Shown: positions 37,843-50,055 of the stretch, in pieces
Position numbering within the stretch: the first letter of the stretch is position 1
Layout of the letters: the number at the start of each line of letters is the position of its first letter
Assembly (NCBI GenBank): GCA_001179505.1
Contig: CDMY01001052.1
Location: 62,001 to 126,000, forward strand
Direction of reading: 5' to 3'
DNA from: Vitrella brassicaformis CCMP3155
Lineage: Eukaryota > Protista > Chromerida
Length of the DNA: 64,000 nucleotides
Notes under the pieces: generated by a model
Databases searched by the model: none
Told to the model about the DNA's origin: nothing
Seen by the model: only the letters and a program-made list of their open reading frames with translations
Made by a program: the position numbers and the translations under genes

Positions 37843-40800
37843 TCACTCCTGCCCACTGCCCACATCGCTGTCAGCATCCTCCTCTGGCCCGTCGCTCTCA
37901 TACTCGTCGCCACCATAGCCATCAGCACCAGCACCACCAGCAGCAGCAGCAGCGGCCCCATACATCATGTGAGGCGGCGGGGGCGGGGGCTGGTACATCC
38001 CGTAGTAGGGAGGATACGGCGGGTACGGGTAATGTGGAGATGGAGGCGGCGGGTGGGGCGATGGCATGGGGGCACTCCCCCTCTCATGCTTGCTCCTCTC
38101 CACTCCCACTCCTCTGTTGGCCTTGCTGCTGCCGCTGCCGGTGCCATCGGCCGTGGCTGATCGATGGAGTGCCGTTGGCGGCGGCTGCTGCTGATGCTGA
38201 TGCTGGCTCGCTGACGACGGGAGAGTTGGGTCAGACGTGGCCATGGGTACAGCTGGTGAAGTCACACTGACGCTGACGCTCGATTGCCGAGATGGTGGCT
38301 CGGGGTCGGTCACCTCGTCTGTCCTAATGGCCGGGGGCCCAGCCGTCCTTCTCTCCCACCCTCCTCCTCCTCCGCCCGCACTCGTTTCGTCTACCGATGA
38401 TATGCAGCGGCCGGCCTTCTTGCTGGCAGGAGGGGTCGCTCTCCTCTTGACGGGGGGGGGCTCGTCCGCAGCATCGTCACTGCCGAATGTCGGCATGCCC
38501 GGTCCATCAAAGTAAGAGGGGTAGGGAGGCGGCCATCCATACCCATATGAGGGTGGGGGGTACATGTATGGGTGGTGAGAGGGAGGATAGCCCATGCTTG
38601 GAGGCTGAGGCTGCTGCTGCTGCTGCTGTCGACCGCCCCGCTCCTCGCCGCCTTCGCGCGCGTCGCTCTTCCGTCGGCTGCCCTTCTTCTTGCGTTGAGA
38701 CCCGGCTGGCGGCCCATATCCCGATGGGGGGTACTGCGGCGCCCAGTAGGGCGGCATGCCTGGGTGCGTCTGCTGGTGGTAAGGACCAGGGGGGTATGCG
38801 TAGGGCGAGAAGCCGCCAGCCTGGTACCCATAAGGCATTGGAGGGGGGAAGGGGTACCCACCCCCGCCGCCGCCCCACATGTGTGCAGGCGTGTACGAGT
38901 CGCCAGGGCCCTGTCCAGGGCCCTCGGGTGGCGTGGATGACCGCGACATGGACGCCGCGCTGCTGCCGCGGGTTGGGGGGCGGGGCGGCTGCGCCGGCAC
39001 ATCGTGCCCACACGATGGCGACAGGTCTTCATCAGGCGACCTTCGTCTGCTCTTGCGCCGCGTGCCGCTGCTGGCAAGCGAGACCGGGGGAGTGGTCGGT
39101 CGATCCTCTTCTCCATCGCTCTGGGACGGCGCAGCCACAGGCTCGGCGACCGGCTGCCGACGGCCGCCTCTTGGGAAGTCCCGCTCGCTCATGCCGCTCA
39201 TGCTGTCAGTGGGAGAGCACGATGGCGCCTCCAGCAGCTGCGCGACCACAGGAGTGGACTCAGCCACCACTGTCTCGTTGCTCATCCCGTGGCCGAGGGT
39301 CGACTGCGTGCCGGACTGCCGCCGTTCGAGCTCTTCCTCCTTCTCGGCCTTCTCCTCTTCTTCGCGATCCTCGAAGATGGTCTCGTGGACGACGACTGAC
39401 GCGCAGGAGGACGGCCGACGACGCAAAGACGCGGGCATGGACCCTGTTGAGGCGAGAGATGACGCCGACTCGCTCGATGGGCTCAACGGGGCGGCCCCTG
39501 CCGCTTGTGGGGACTCGCCGCCCTCGGAGCTGTCCGCCCCGGTGTAGATGCTCCACTCCTCGCCGCCTCGCAGGATGCCGCCCACGCCGTCCTCCCACCC
39601 TCTGGAAGCCTGGACCTGCGCCTGCCTTGGCGACGTCATTCTGGCAGGCTTGTCGCGCTTCCTTACTCGGAAGTGGCCACTGCGGCTCTTGCGCACACGA
39701 ATGCCCTTGTTGCTGCGCGCGGGCGATGCCGGGGGTGCCACCCCTTGTGCAGATGTCGGGCCGGCGGAGCTCTCGAGCACTGCCACGGTGGACAGGGAGC
39801 TCCTTCGGGATGGGCCATCTTCCCGTGAGATGGGGCTCTCTGGTGACGCTGACGCTGAGTCGATGGACGGCACCGACGACAGCCGACTGGGCGGCGAGGG
39901 GCGGGCGGTGGATGTCGATGACGATGTCGATGACGGTTCTGCTGCCGGTGGTGGTGCTGGTGGTGGTTGCGGCGGTTGCTCCTCTGCAAGGCCCCCAGAG
40001 CGGCCTGGCTGCTGTGTCTGGACGCTGACCGATGTGCGGCAGCCGGCGTCGGCGTCAGCCTTCTCTGTGGTAATAATAATAGGGGCGTCGGGTGCCATGG
40101 CTTGGACGGCTTTCTGGGTGTCGATCATGACGGCGGTTTGCTGTTTCTGGGCCTCGAGAGTCGACATGAGGTATTGGTGGGCCACAGAACGGAAATCCAG
40201 CTGCAAAACACACACGGGCACAACACACAACCACAGAGGGGTGTGAATGAATGCGCAAGAGAGAGGGGAGAGGGAATGCTTGGCGGCTCACCATACCGTC
40301 AGCTGTCTGAACTCCTTGCACGCACGTGGCGGCAATGTGGCCGCCCCCGCCAGATCGCCCGCCACATCCTGCTGGCCCGTTGGCTGCAGTGGCGGCGTGG
40401 GCGACTTCCTCAGGCCCCCATCAGCCGTCAGATTGACGGGCGACATCGAGCACCGGCTGCCAGCGACAGAGGTGGGCGTGATCGGCGTCGACTGGCTCAG
40501 ACGGCGATCGTCTGCCGGAACCTCACCCTCCTCCCGGAACAAGGTCGACGGAGCCGACTTGTTGGCAGGCTGCCCTGTGGTGGTGGTGGTGGAGATGTCG
40601 CGCACAAACTGCCTGTAGACTGTTGATGAAGGGGACATGTTGGGCAGCAGCGGCGTCGACGACGTCCCCTGCCGCCTCGCCACCTCTCGTCGGTCGGGCG
40701 ATGTGGAGGCCTCGGCCATTGGGGTGTCCGAAGGCTCCTTCCCAGACGGCATGCGGACCATCCCGAACCTGTTGCGCCGGCTCGGTGAAGCGCTGACCGA

Positions 40801-43800
40801 GTCGCCGCCAGTGCTCTGGTGCCGCAGGGCTTCGCGCGATCGCCCGCTGTCCTCCTCCCCCTTGTTGTCGTCGAAAATGCGTTGCCAGAGGGTGGAGAGG
40901 AGTCCGGCGGGTATGCGGCCGGAGGGATTGCTCTCGCCCAGCTCGCTGATGAGCCGGCCGGCAAGCCGCATCAGCTGCTGGGTCTGGGCGCTGACCTTCC
41001 TCCTGTCGCGGACTGATGACCGCGAGCCGCCCTTGCGCCGACGGAAAAGCCTGGAGATGCTCCTGCCCCTGGCTGCCGCGATTGTCGTCTCGTTGGGTGG
41101 AGTGGCGTCGTGCTCCGCCTGCGGCTGGGTCTCGGCCTTGGCCCCTTCGTCACATTCACGAAGGTCCATCACAAGCAGGTCCAGACTCTCTGGATCGAGC
41201 GTGACGCCGGTCTCCAGCTGAGGCGTCGATTGCCTCGGTGTGGAGGAGAACCGCCACGCCCATCGGCCGACCTTGGAGCCGCTGCCGCCGGCCTTGTAAG
41301 AGGCGAAGAGCATCAGCAGCTGGAAGGCGGCGAACATGAGCAGGCCCGTGACGAAGAGCAGGTTCACCACAGCCACGCCGACGGCGAACCCGACGGCCCC
41401 GGCGGACGATGAGGGGTTGGTGAGCATGAGGGCGGGGCAGAGGGCGATGACCCAGAGGGCGATGGCGCTGCCCTGCAGCCGTTGGAGGGTCTTCTCTTGG
41501 GGGAGGAACGGGGTCTCCAGAGGACGGCGCGCCCAGTGGTAGGAGAGGTTCAGGATGGCCACTGCCGCCCACACCCACAGCACCGTCGAGTCGTGGAACA
41601 GACCTGAGGAGGGAAACAGAGAGAGAGAGACACAAAGGGACCGGTCGGTCTTTGTTGCGTTGCGGCTTCTCGCCGCTCGATGTGTGCATACAAACAAACG
41701 CACCGGCAGGGATGAGCGTGACGGCGATGACGAGCAGATTTCGCGCCTTGATGGCGCACTCCCACCCCCAGTACCTCGCCCGATAGCCCAGATACATGAG
41801 CCCCCAGGCCTTCCTCAGCTCCGGCCGGTGCATTTCCCTCGCCACGCTGGCCTGGTGCAGCGTCCAGCACCCCCACGTCAGCCACCCCACCGCCCATATG
41901 CCGATCCCCAGGAGGCCGGCAAGCAGCCACGGCAGGTGCTCGAGCGACCCGCATGCGATGTCTGGCGCGACCATGAGACGCGGCGACGGCCAGGGCGCGT
42001 TGGGGTCTGTCGGCTGGAAGGCGATGCAGCGGAGGAGGGGGGTGAGGTTCATGAGCACCGAGGGGAAGAGCACCCACATGACGGCCACCCACACGGGCTT
42101 GCACCGGGCCACCCACTCCTTCAGTGGGTCCCATCTTTCGCCGCTCGATCGGCTTTTGGGCGTTTCCGCAGTTTCTGCTGCCGTCGCGAGTGTGACCTGC
42201 GCGGGGCTGAAGGTGGGTGTGGCCGTCGTCTTGCTCTCCTCTCCGGGCGCTTTCATCTCTTTCGCGGACACCTCACCATCACCTTCACCATCACCATCGC
42301 CATCGTCCTTCTTGGTGGTGACGGAGTTCTCGTCTTCTCTCCCTCTCTGCGCAGGTCGCAAGCAGCTCTTGAGTTGGGGCGCTGTGATGATGGTCGAGTA
42401 GAGGAGGGCCAGGATGGGAGGCAGGAACACCCAGAGAATGGCGTAGGCCAGCGGAGAGTTGGCGACGGGGAAGAGGCACTCGATGTGGATCCGCAGGGCG
42501 TCGAGGGGTGGGCCACCTGTCCACCCCATCAGCCCCCGAAGAGCTTCCTTGGACCAGAACGGCACGATGCTGTCGGGGCCAGCTCGGCCGTCCCTCTCCA
42601 ACACTGCCCAGGTCACCAATCCCATCTGCAGACAGCGGACAGCGGACAGGAATGAGGAATCTGTGTGAGAGCAGTGCTTGGGTGGGGTGTGGGCTGTGTG
42701 GCGTACCACAAAGGAGTGGTTGGCGATGATGCGGAGCGTTGCGATGAAGGCCACGGCATGGCTCCCACGCTGATCGTACCAACGGCTGGCTCTGAAAGGA
42801 CACACGACACACACGCGGGCATGCATAGATCATCCCATGACCAGCAACCTCCCTGTTTTCCTCTGTCTTCCTTGCCAACTCACTCACCGCTTCCCAACAG
42901 TCACGAGCAGCCACACGACCACTCCCACAATGACCACCACCAGCGCCGCCCCCACGCCATCCCACGCCCTCTCGCACTCCAGGCACCCATCGTCAGGGCC
43001 ACCCAGCTGCCCACGCATCACATCTCGGTACCACCCCTTCGAGCACGACGCACACGCAAACCCGCCATAGCCCTCGGCACACACGTCTGGTGCGATGCAC
43101 GACCGAGGGAAGGGACAGCGGATGACAGACAGGGGGGTGTCGAGGTCGAGAAGGGCCGATCTCGGTGTGAGTGGCCAATAGCCTGGGAGGGTGAAGGCGT
43201 CCGTGACGTTGGGCGAGGTGCAGTTGGCGCCACGCGGGCAGGCGCGGCAGGAAGCGGACGCGACGTCGTGGTACAGCCTGTACCTGCTGGGACAGCACTG
43301 GCGGTTGGATTCGTTATCGGCCTCCCACTCGGCACACGACACACACGGGGTGTTTCCAGCCTTCCACTTGGCGTAACCTGCCACAAAACACAACACAACA
43401 CGACACAGACTCCCAGATGCATCCACAGTAAAGAGACTCCCTCCCCCCCAATCTCCCTCTCTCTCTCTGACTCCCACCTGGCTTGCACGGGGTGCATTTG
43501 CTGCCGACCGGCTCGTACCCAGGGCGGCACTTGCAAGCATCCCGGCCGTCATATGGCCGTACGCTGCCCTCAGTGGACGAGTTTTCGGGACAGGCCGTGC
43601 AGGCACCGACCCGCGGTGGGTCGCTGAAGGTGTTGTCTGGGTCGCTGAAGGTGTCGACGGGGCACTCGTCGCACTGGTTCCCCGTGCCCTGGTAACCTCC
43701 ACGACACCGACACAAAGCCTCGGGCGACACAAAGGGGTCAATGCGGATGGTGCGGAGGGGCGAGGAGCAGAGGCGCGTGCACTCGACTGCCGTGTCAAGG

Positions 43801-46658
43801 GGCATGTAGCCGTCGGGGTTGGCGCTGAGTGGCGTGAGGGCGTGGGCCGCGATGGTGGTGTTATTGAGGGGGGACTGCAGCTCGCGCCTTCCGAAGATCC
43901 GCCTGGACAGCTGCCTGGTTTCCATGAGGCGAAGCGAGAAGGTTGCCGACTCGCTCATCACCTTGGAACACTTTTCCCGGGGACGCCGAATCCTGCAGAG
44001 CACACAATCCAGACATTTCTAGATACACATTGCAATCCATCCATCCACCAGGCCATCACTGACCCGCCGACTCTGAGATTGGGGTTGTCCGAGTAGTCCT
44101 GCAGGGCCGCGCCGGCGAATGGGATGGGGATGCCGAAAGAGGGTGTGCCGGGCGGCGCGGATGGGCGGGGAGGGGGGGCGAGGTGGACAAGGGCGTTGCC
44201 TCGCAGCGAGACGGTGGTAAGGGCGTTGAGTGAGACCACGTGGGGGAGCTCGACGGCGCGGATTTTGTTCGAGGAGAGGTCCAGGTGGCTCAGCTGCTGA
44301 AAGCCCAAACGATGCTTGGGCACTCCGTCTGACAGCAGAGACAGAGACAGACACACAGAGAGAGTGGGTCCATTGATCCATCTCTGCCTGCGCCATCCTT
44401 TCCCCTCCCCTCCCCTCCCTTCCCTCCCCCGCACCTTCATCCTTGTCGATCGCCCAGAGCCCGCCCTCCACCAGAGTCCCCGTCAGCCCACAGTTGCTGG
44501 CCTGCAAGATCCGCAAGTTCTGCGCGTAGGAGAAGGGCAGCAAGAAGGCGTTGACGTCCGCTTTTAGTGCAGGGTTGCCACTGATGTCGACAGAGACGAG
44601 CTCGTCCCAACTGGGGCCCTGGTCCATCGACTCGAGCATGACGCGCAGGTTGGCCAATTGGGTGACGACGAACTCGCCGTTGACGAACCAGTCGGTAGGG
44701 TGTCTGCCCCAGGTGACCCACTCCTTGATCCGGTTGTGGTCGAGCTTCAGGTGCTGGACAGATCCCAGGGACCGCCACGACCGGGGGAACTCCTTGAGGC
44801 TGTTGTGGCTGGCTGACACCTCCCTCAACTCGCCGGCGGGGAGCTCGCCGTCGAACTCTTCCAGCTTGTTTGCGGAAACGTCCAGGTACCTGCACTCATC
44901 GGGGGAGGGAGGGAGGGGATAGATGGGCGTGGCGCATCATGGTGCTGGCTGGCTCGCGTGCAGACAGACGCACCTGAGATTTGTGAGGTTGGTGAGGGGC
45001 GGGACGGCTCCGTCCAGGTGATTTCCTCTCAGGTCGAGCTCCTCCAACGCAGTCTGAACAAACGAGCAGCCATATGCAAAGGCATCCATTCATTGTGTCA
45101 CTATCTGCGCACCAGGTTGCCAAGTGACGAAGGTATGCTGTCTTTGAGCTGATTGTTGGCCAGCTTCAGAGACCACAGTGACTGCAGCTTCCCCAGGGTC
45201 GCGGGGATCCGCCCAGTGAGTTCGTTGCCGCTTAGGTCCAGGGTTGTCAGGTTCGCCAAGTCTCCCAGGCACTCCGGAATGCTGCCCTTTAGCCCGGCGC
45301 GGGCGATGTTGAGATCGTACAAGGACTTGATCTCACAGAGGGCTTCGGGGATGCTGCCTTCAAGCGATGTGTCTTGCAGCTCGATGATGCCGAGGCTGGT
45401 CAGGTTCTTCCACTCGGGGGGAATGCGCCCTGTGAGATTGCGGTTGCCCTGGAGCTTCACGGTCTTGAGGTCGGGGGACTGGCTGAGCAGCGGCAGATTG
45501 CCGGACAGCTGGTTGCCCTCCAGGTCGAGAGTTCTCAGCTTCGGCAGCTGGCTCTCAAGCAGGGGGAGCGGGCCAGAAATCATGGTGTACTTGAGCCGCA
45601 GGGTCGCCAGCTTCTGCAGGGACCCTATAGATGGGTCAAGGGTGCCGGTGATGGGCGTCCAAGATATCGACACGCGCTCCAGGGAGGTCATGTTGCCAAA
45701 GGAGCGGGGAAGCGGCCCATCAAACGATGTCAGGTGCGCCAGGACCAGCAGATTGAGCTTGGAGAGCAAGCCGATAGACTCGGGCAGCCCCCCTTCGAGG
45801 TAGGGGCACTGGAAAGCCTCCAGCCTGCGCAGCTCCGGCAGCTTGGTGCCGAAGTCGTCAGGGAGCCGCCACCGGATTCGCAGGTTCCGGAGGATCAGCC
45901 CTCTGAGTTCGGTCAGCTTGGTGATGGCGGGCGGCATCTCGCCTTTGAGCTTGCCGAGTAGAGAGAGGTAGAGCCACCGCATGTGTGTGAGGTTGCCGAT
46001 CTCTGGAGGAATCTCGCCGACGAAGTCGCAGTTCTCGATGAAGAGCGCCATGATGGTCTTGAGAGAGAAGAGCTCGGGTGGGATCTGCGCCTCGTCGACC
46101 CCACACGTCGCCGGCTTGTCATCAAAGCCCCTGGTGTGACAAACAAATAAACAGCACAACCACGCATCGTGTCGTGGGCAATAGTGCGGTTGGCCCCCTG
46201 ACTGCTTACTTGACGATAGTTCCGTAGCCCCTCCGGAAAGTCAGCATGAGCCCCTCCTTTGGGTTGTCGTCGCCGTCTTCATCCCACCTAATGCAGAAGG
46301 CCCACCCCAGATCTGCCTGCTCGCATATCGACTTGTCCTCCTGCGGCCTGGGGATTCCCAGCGCCTGGGCTATCGCCACCAAAGCACCACGGTCCTCCTC
46401 ACAGTCGGGACAGTCATCGCGGCCGTTGAGGAACTTGTAGCCCGATCCCTCGGCCAGTTTCTGCCCACCTGCCGACGCCGAGCCGTCCTCATCGTCTTCA
46501 CCGTCCTCTTGGAGAGTGCGGGCGAGTCCCGCGAAGGGGAAGGGGAAAGCCGCCCTGACAGAGGGGGACGCCGCGTCTGATGACTGCTGTCCACGGACGA
46601 TGGCGAGGGGAAAGAGCCACAGGTGGACGCACAAAACCAGCCAGATTCGGAGCGCCAT
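37843..46658 (-). CDS. Receptor-like protein: signal peptide, LRRs, GCC2/GCC3 Cys repeats, ~9-TM domain (CRMP/TRP-like) and long Ser/Pro-rich cytoplasmic tail
   Basis: Signal MALRIWLVLCVHLWLF. Plant-type LRRs (LANLTTLDLSGNELTGRIPATLGKLQSLWSLKLANNQLKDSIP). Cys repeats CDECPVDTFSD, CTACPENSST, CKCRPGYEP, CRACPRGANC, CPFPRSC, CAEGYGGFACASCSKGWY. TM block with PRLMVAPDIACG and WGLMYLGYRARYWGWE. The ORFs 40288-41703 and 37843-40230 join via the GTATGG donor. Confidence 0.85.
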
Positions 46659-47077
46659 CCGCAGATCTCATATCGTGATCATCTCACGTCATCAGTCCTC
46701 CTGAGTTGCTCAACAGCGGGGGGGGAGAGGCTTCGCCGGGTCATGCGAGCTTTCTTCCACCGATCGACAGTTTTTTCGTGGCCCTGAAGCGCGGCTTCTT
46801 TAAACAGGTACGCGTCTTTCCCATCTCCAGACTGTCCGGCGACCTCTTCTTCACTGTTTCTCATGCATATTATGGTTTCTGGCAGGAGCAGAGCCGTGCA
46901 GGGCCCCTTCGGAGCCACAGAGGCCTGTAGAGGGCACTTTCGTGTACTTTGAAGCGTGAAAACCGTCGACTGCGGAGACAGAAGAGGGCACCGTCGCTCC
47001 CCCATCCACACGAAAGGGTGCGAAGACACTCGACTCCTGAAGCCGACTTTCTTGCTGCATGATGATCCCTTCAGGCC

Positions 47078-48591
47078 ATGAGCTTGACTCACGCCCCACC
47101 GATACCAGGCCCCTTCGCGCAGCCAGCCGCGGTGGCTGCGCGACCGGGCCCATTGATGTCACAGATGGATCCCATGCCCGTGGGCAAACACGGAGACATC
47201 CCCAGATTCACCGTTGGACAGCCCGGCCAGCCCACCAGCAAGAATCCGAAGAAGGGCAAGGGGGGCAAAGACAAGCCCCACCAGCCGGCGGGAGGCGCCG
47301 AGGGGGGCGGGGGCGGCAAGCAGCCCGCCCTGACCAAGGAGAAGGAGAAGCAGGACGCCAGTCGCAAGTGCACGACGGTCAAGGGTGACCAGTGTGGGTC
47401 GACGTCGAGCGAGGAGGGCTCGACGGGTTCCACCAACGACACCAATACGCCGGTCAGCTGCTGCGACCACAACGCACCGAGCCACCTGACCCAGGGAGAC
47501 TTCGTGGCCATACCCCCCGGACACATGGTGAGCGTGACATGCCATTCTGAGATGCCAATCGACGCAATCAAGAATCCACGTCCGCCTTTGCCTCGTTGTG
47601 TTGTGTTGTGTTGTGTTGTGTCTGTGCCTATGCCTGTATGCAGGCAACGTTCAAGCGCATCCCTGGCGGCGACCCCCTCATGAGTGGGTTCGACGAAGTG
47701 GGAGTGGATTGGAACCTGCGAGACCCCGGCAAACGAGGGGGTCCCCCACTGAGTTTGATGCAGGTCGCTGCCCTACACGGCGCCACCCAACTGGTCGACC
47801 ATCCCCACCAGGCAGCGAAGCAGCCGCACCAGGCAGCCACACCCATGGCCGTGGTCGACGCCGGCCGGTGGGAGTTCGAGGGCACAGTACCCATACCGCC
47901 CAACCTGCCGGCGCCCAGCACTCCCAATGCCCATCAGGAGGGGGCGGGCAGCACCAACGGTGGTGGGCCGCCTCTTGCAGCAGCCGGGGTGGCCCGCGAA
48001 CACGGGCAGAAGCCGCCTGGCGGTGCGGGGGGGCAGCGTGACCATGGCGGGGGAGGCGGAGAGCAGAAAGAAGGACCGTTCGACAAAGGCAAGCTGGGCA
48101 CCAAGGCCTGCGTGGCGGCGGCGGCGGCAGCACCAGCGGCGCACCACAGCTGCCACACGGGGCAGTGCTGTCAGCAGCATCGGCCGCCTGACAAGAAGGA
48201 CCCCGGCGGCACCAACACGCAGCGAGACACAGCAGCAGACGAGCATGCAGCCAAGAAACAGCAGCAGCAGCAGCAGCAACAGAAACAGCAGCAGCCGCAG
48301 CAGAAGGGCATAGTGGTGACGGTGCCGCACCCCGAGGCGTGGAAGCCGCTGCGTGAGGACCTGTGGGAGGTGGAGAAGGCGTGTGACGACTTCGGCGCCC
48401 TGGCGACGGTTGCCGACGTGGTGCGCATGGACACGGAGGTGTTTGACGACATCGTCCTGTCTGTGGGCAACAAGCCCAAGCTCGACATCACCGCCACCCG
48501 CAAGGACGAGACGCCGGCGTGCCTCAAAGGGGGCGGGGAGGGGGAGGAGAAGGATGATGAGGAGGAGGAGGAAGAGGAAGAGGAGGAATGA
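47078..48591 (+). CDS. Hypothetical low-complexity protein (two exons, acidic C-terminus)
   Basis: Exons 47078-47527 (donor GTGAGC) and 47644-48591 are in frame. A small globular-looking segment VVTVPHPEAWKPLREDLWEVEKACDDFGAL... precedes a poly-E end. No family recognised. There may be an additional upstream exon. Confidence 0.55.
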
Positions 48592-49301
48592 GCAGTGAGT
48601 GATTGATTGATTGAGCCAATGGGTGAACGAACGACCAACCACCGATCATTGATTCCACAGGTACATACCATACGCACAGACAGAGGCACATCGATCGCAT
48701 GAGTGAGTGAGTGAGTGAGGAGAGGAAGGGATGGTTGGATGGATGGATCGAGCCGGAGGGAAGGGAAGGGAAGGGACTGTGGCGAAATGGATGGATGGCG
48801 CGTGTGGATATGAGTGTGGATGGATGGATGGCATGGGATGGCATGGGATGGGTGGGCAGTGCAGTGCAGCGCGAGAGCAGGCGGGAGGGCGGGCAGAGAC
48901 AGAGAGAGACAGGGAGACAGAGAGAGAGAGAGCACCCGAAGACATACACCCCAGTCCAGGACCTCTTCTGTCAGACCGCCTCCATCCCTTCCTTGCCATG
49001 CGCTCACTCGCTCAATCTCTCGTGTGTCTCTCCCACCCCCTCCCATTGCATTGCACCCATCCCATCCTCTCTATCTACTAGCCTGGTGGATGGCCTGCCT
49101 GGAGTCTGCATGGCATGTGTGTGGCGGGGCGGGAGGGGCGTCGCGTTCGTTATTTTTGCATCAAGACCGACCGACCGACCGACCGACCAACCAGTCAGAG
49201 CATGCACATGAAATGGATGGATGGATGCCGTGTATCTATCGTCTGTTCGCCTGAGTTGAGTCAAGTCAGCCGGACTGCTCGTATGTATGTCATCTCACAT
49301 C

Positions 49302-49601
49302 NNNNNNNNNNNNNNNNNNNNNNNNNNNNNNNNNNNNNNNNNNNNNNNNNNNNNNNNNNNNNNNNNNNNNNNNNNNNNNNNNNNNNNNNNNNNNNNNNNN
49401 NNNNNNNNNNNNNNNNNNNNNNNNNNNNNNNNNNNNNNNNNNNNNNNNNNNNNNNNNNNNNNNNNNNNNNNNNNNNNNNNNNNNNNNNNNNNNNNNNNNN
49501 NNNNNNNNNNNNNNNNNNNNNNNNNNNNNNNNNNNNNNNNNNNNNNNNNNNNNNNNNNNNNNNNNNNNNNNNNNNNNNNNNNNNNNNNNNNNNNNNNNNN
49601 N
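49302..49601. other. Assembly gap (300 N)
   Basis: Run of N. Confidence 0.99.
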
Positions 49602-50055
49602 CTCCCACCCCCACTACCCCCCATCCCCAGCCAGCCAGCCAGCCAGCCAGCCTGCGTGGCGTGGCGTGGATGTGTGCATGTGGTTGGTTGGTCTGCTGGA
49701 CCGGTACACGCGCGTGTGTGTGTGAGTTGGTCAGTGGGTGCAAATGAGGAACAGACCTACCTGCCAGAGTGAGTGGCTAAGTCAGTCGGTCCGCCGTAAG
49801 GCGGCGGATGGATGGATGGATCGATGTGCAGTGCAATCCATGGCTGAATGAATGGCTGGCATCGGGTGGAATGAATGCACAGCACTCACACTGCTTTGTG
49901 GCTCTCTCTGCCTTCATTGGGTTTGCGGCACGTCACCTGTGGGCCACGAGCTCTTCGCTCGTCCACAGGCAGGCAGCCAATTTCAATCATAATCAATCCA
50001 CTTCAACAAAACGACCACAGGCTGCCACGCACGCAGCACACGTGTCCCTCACTGC

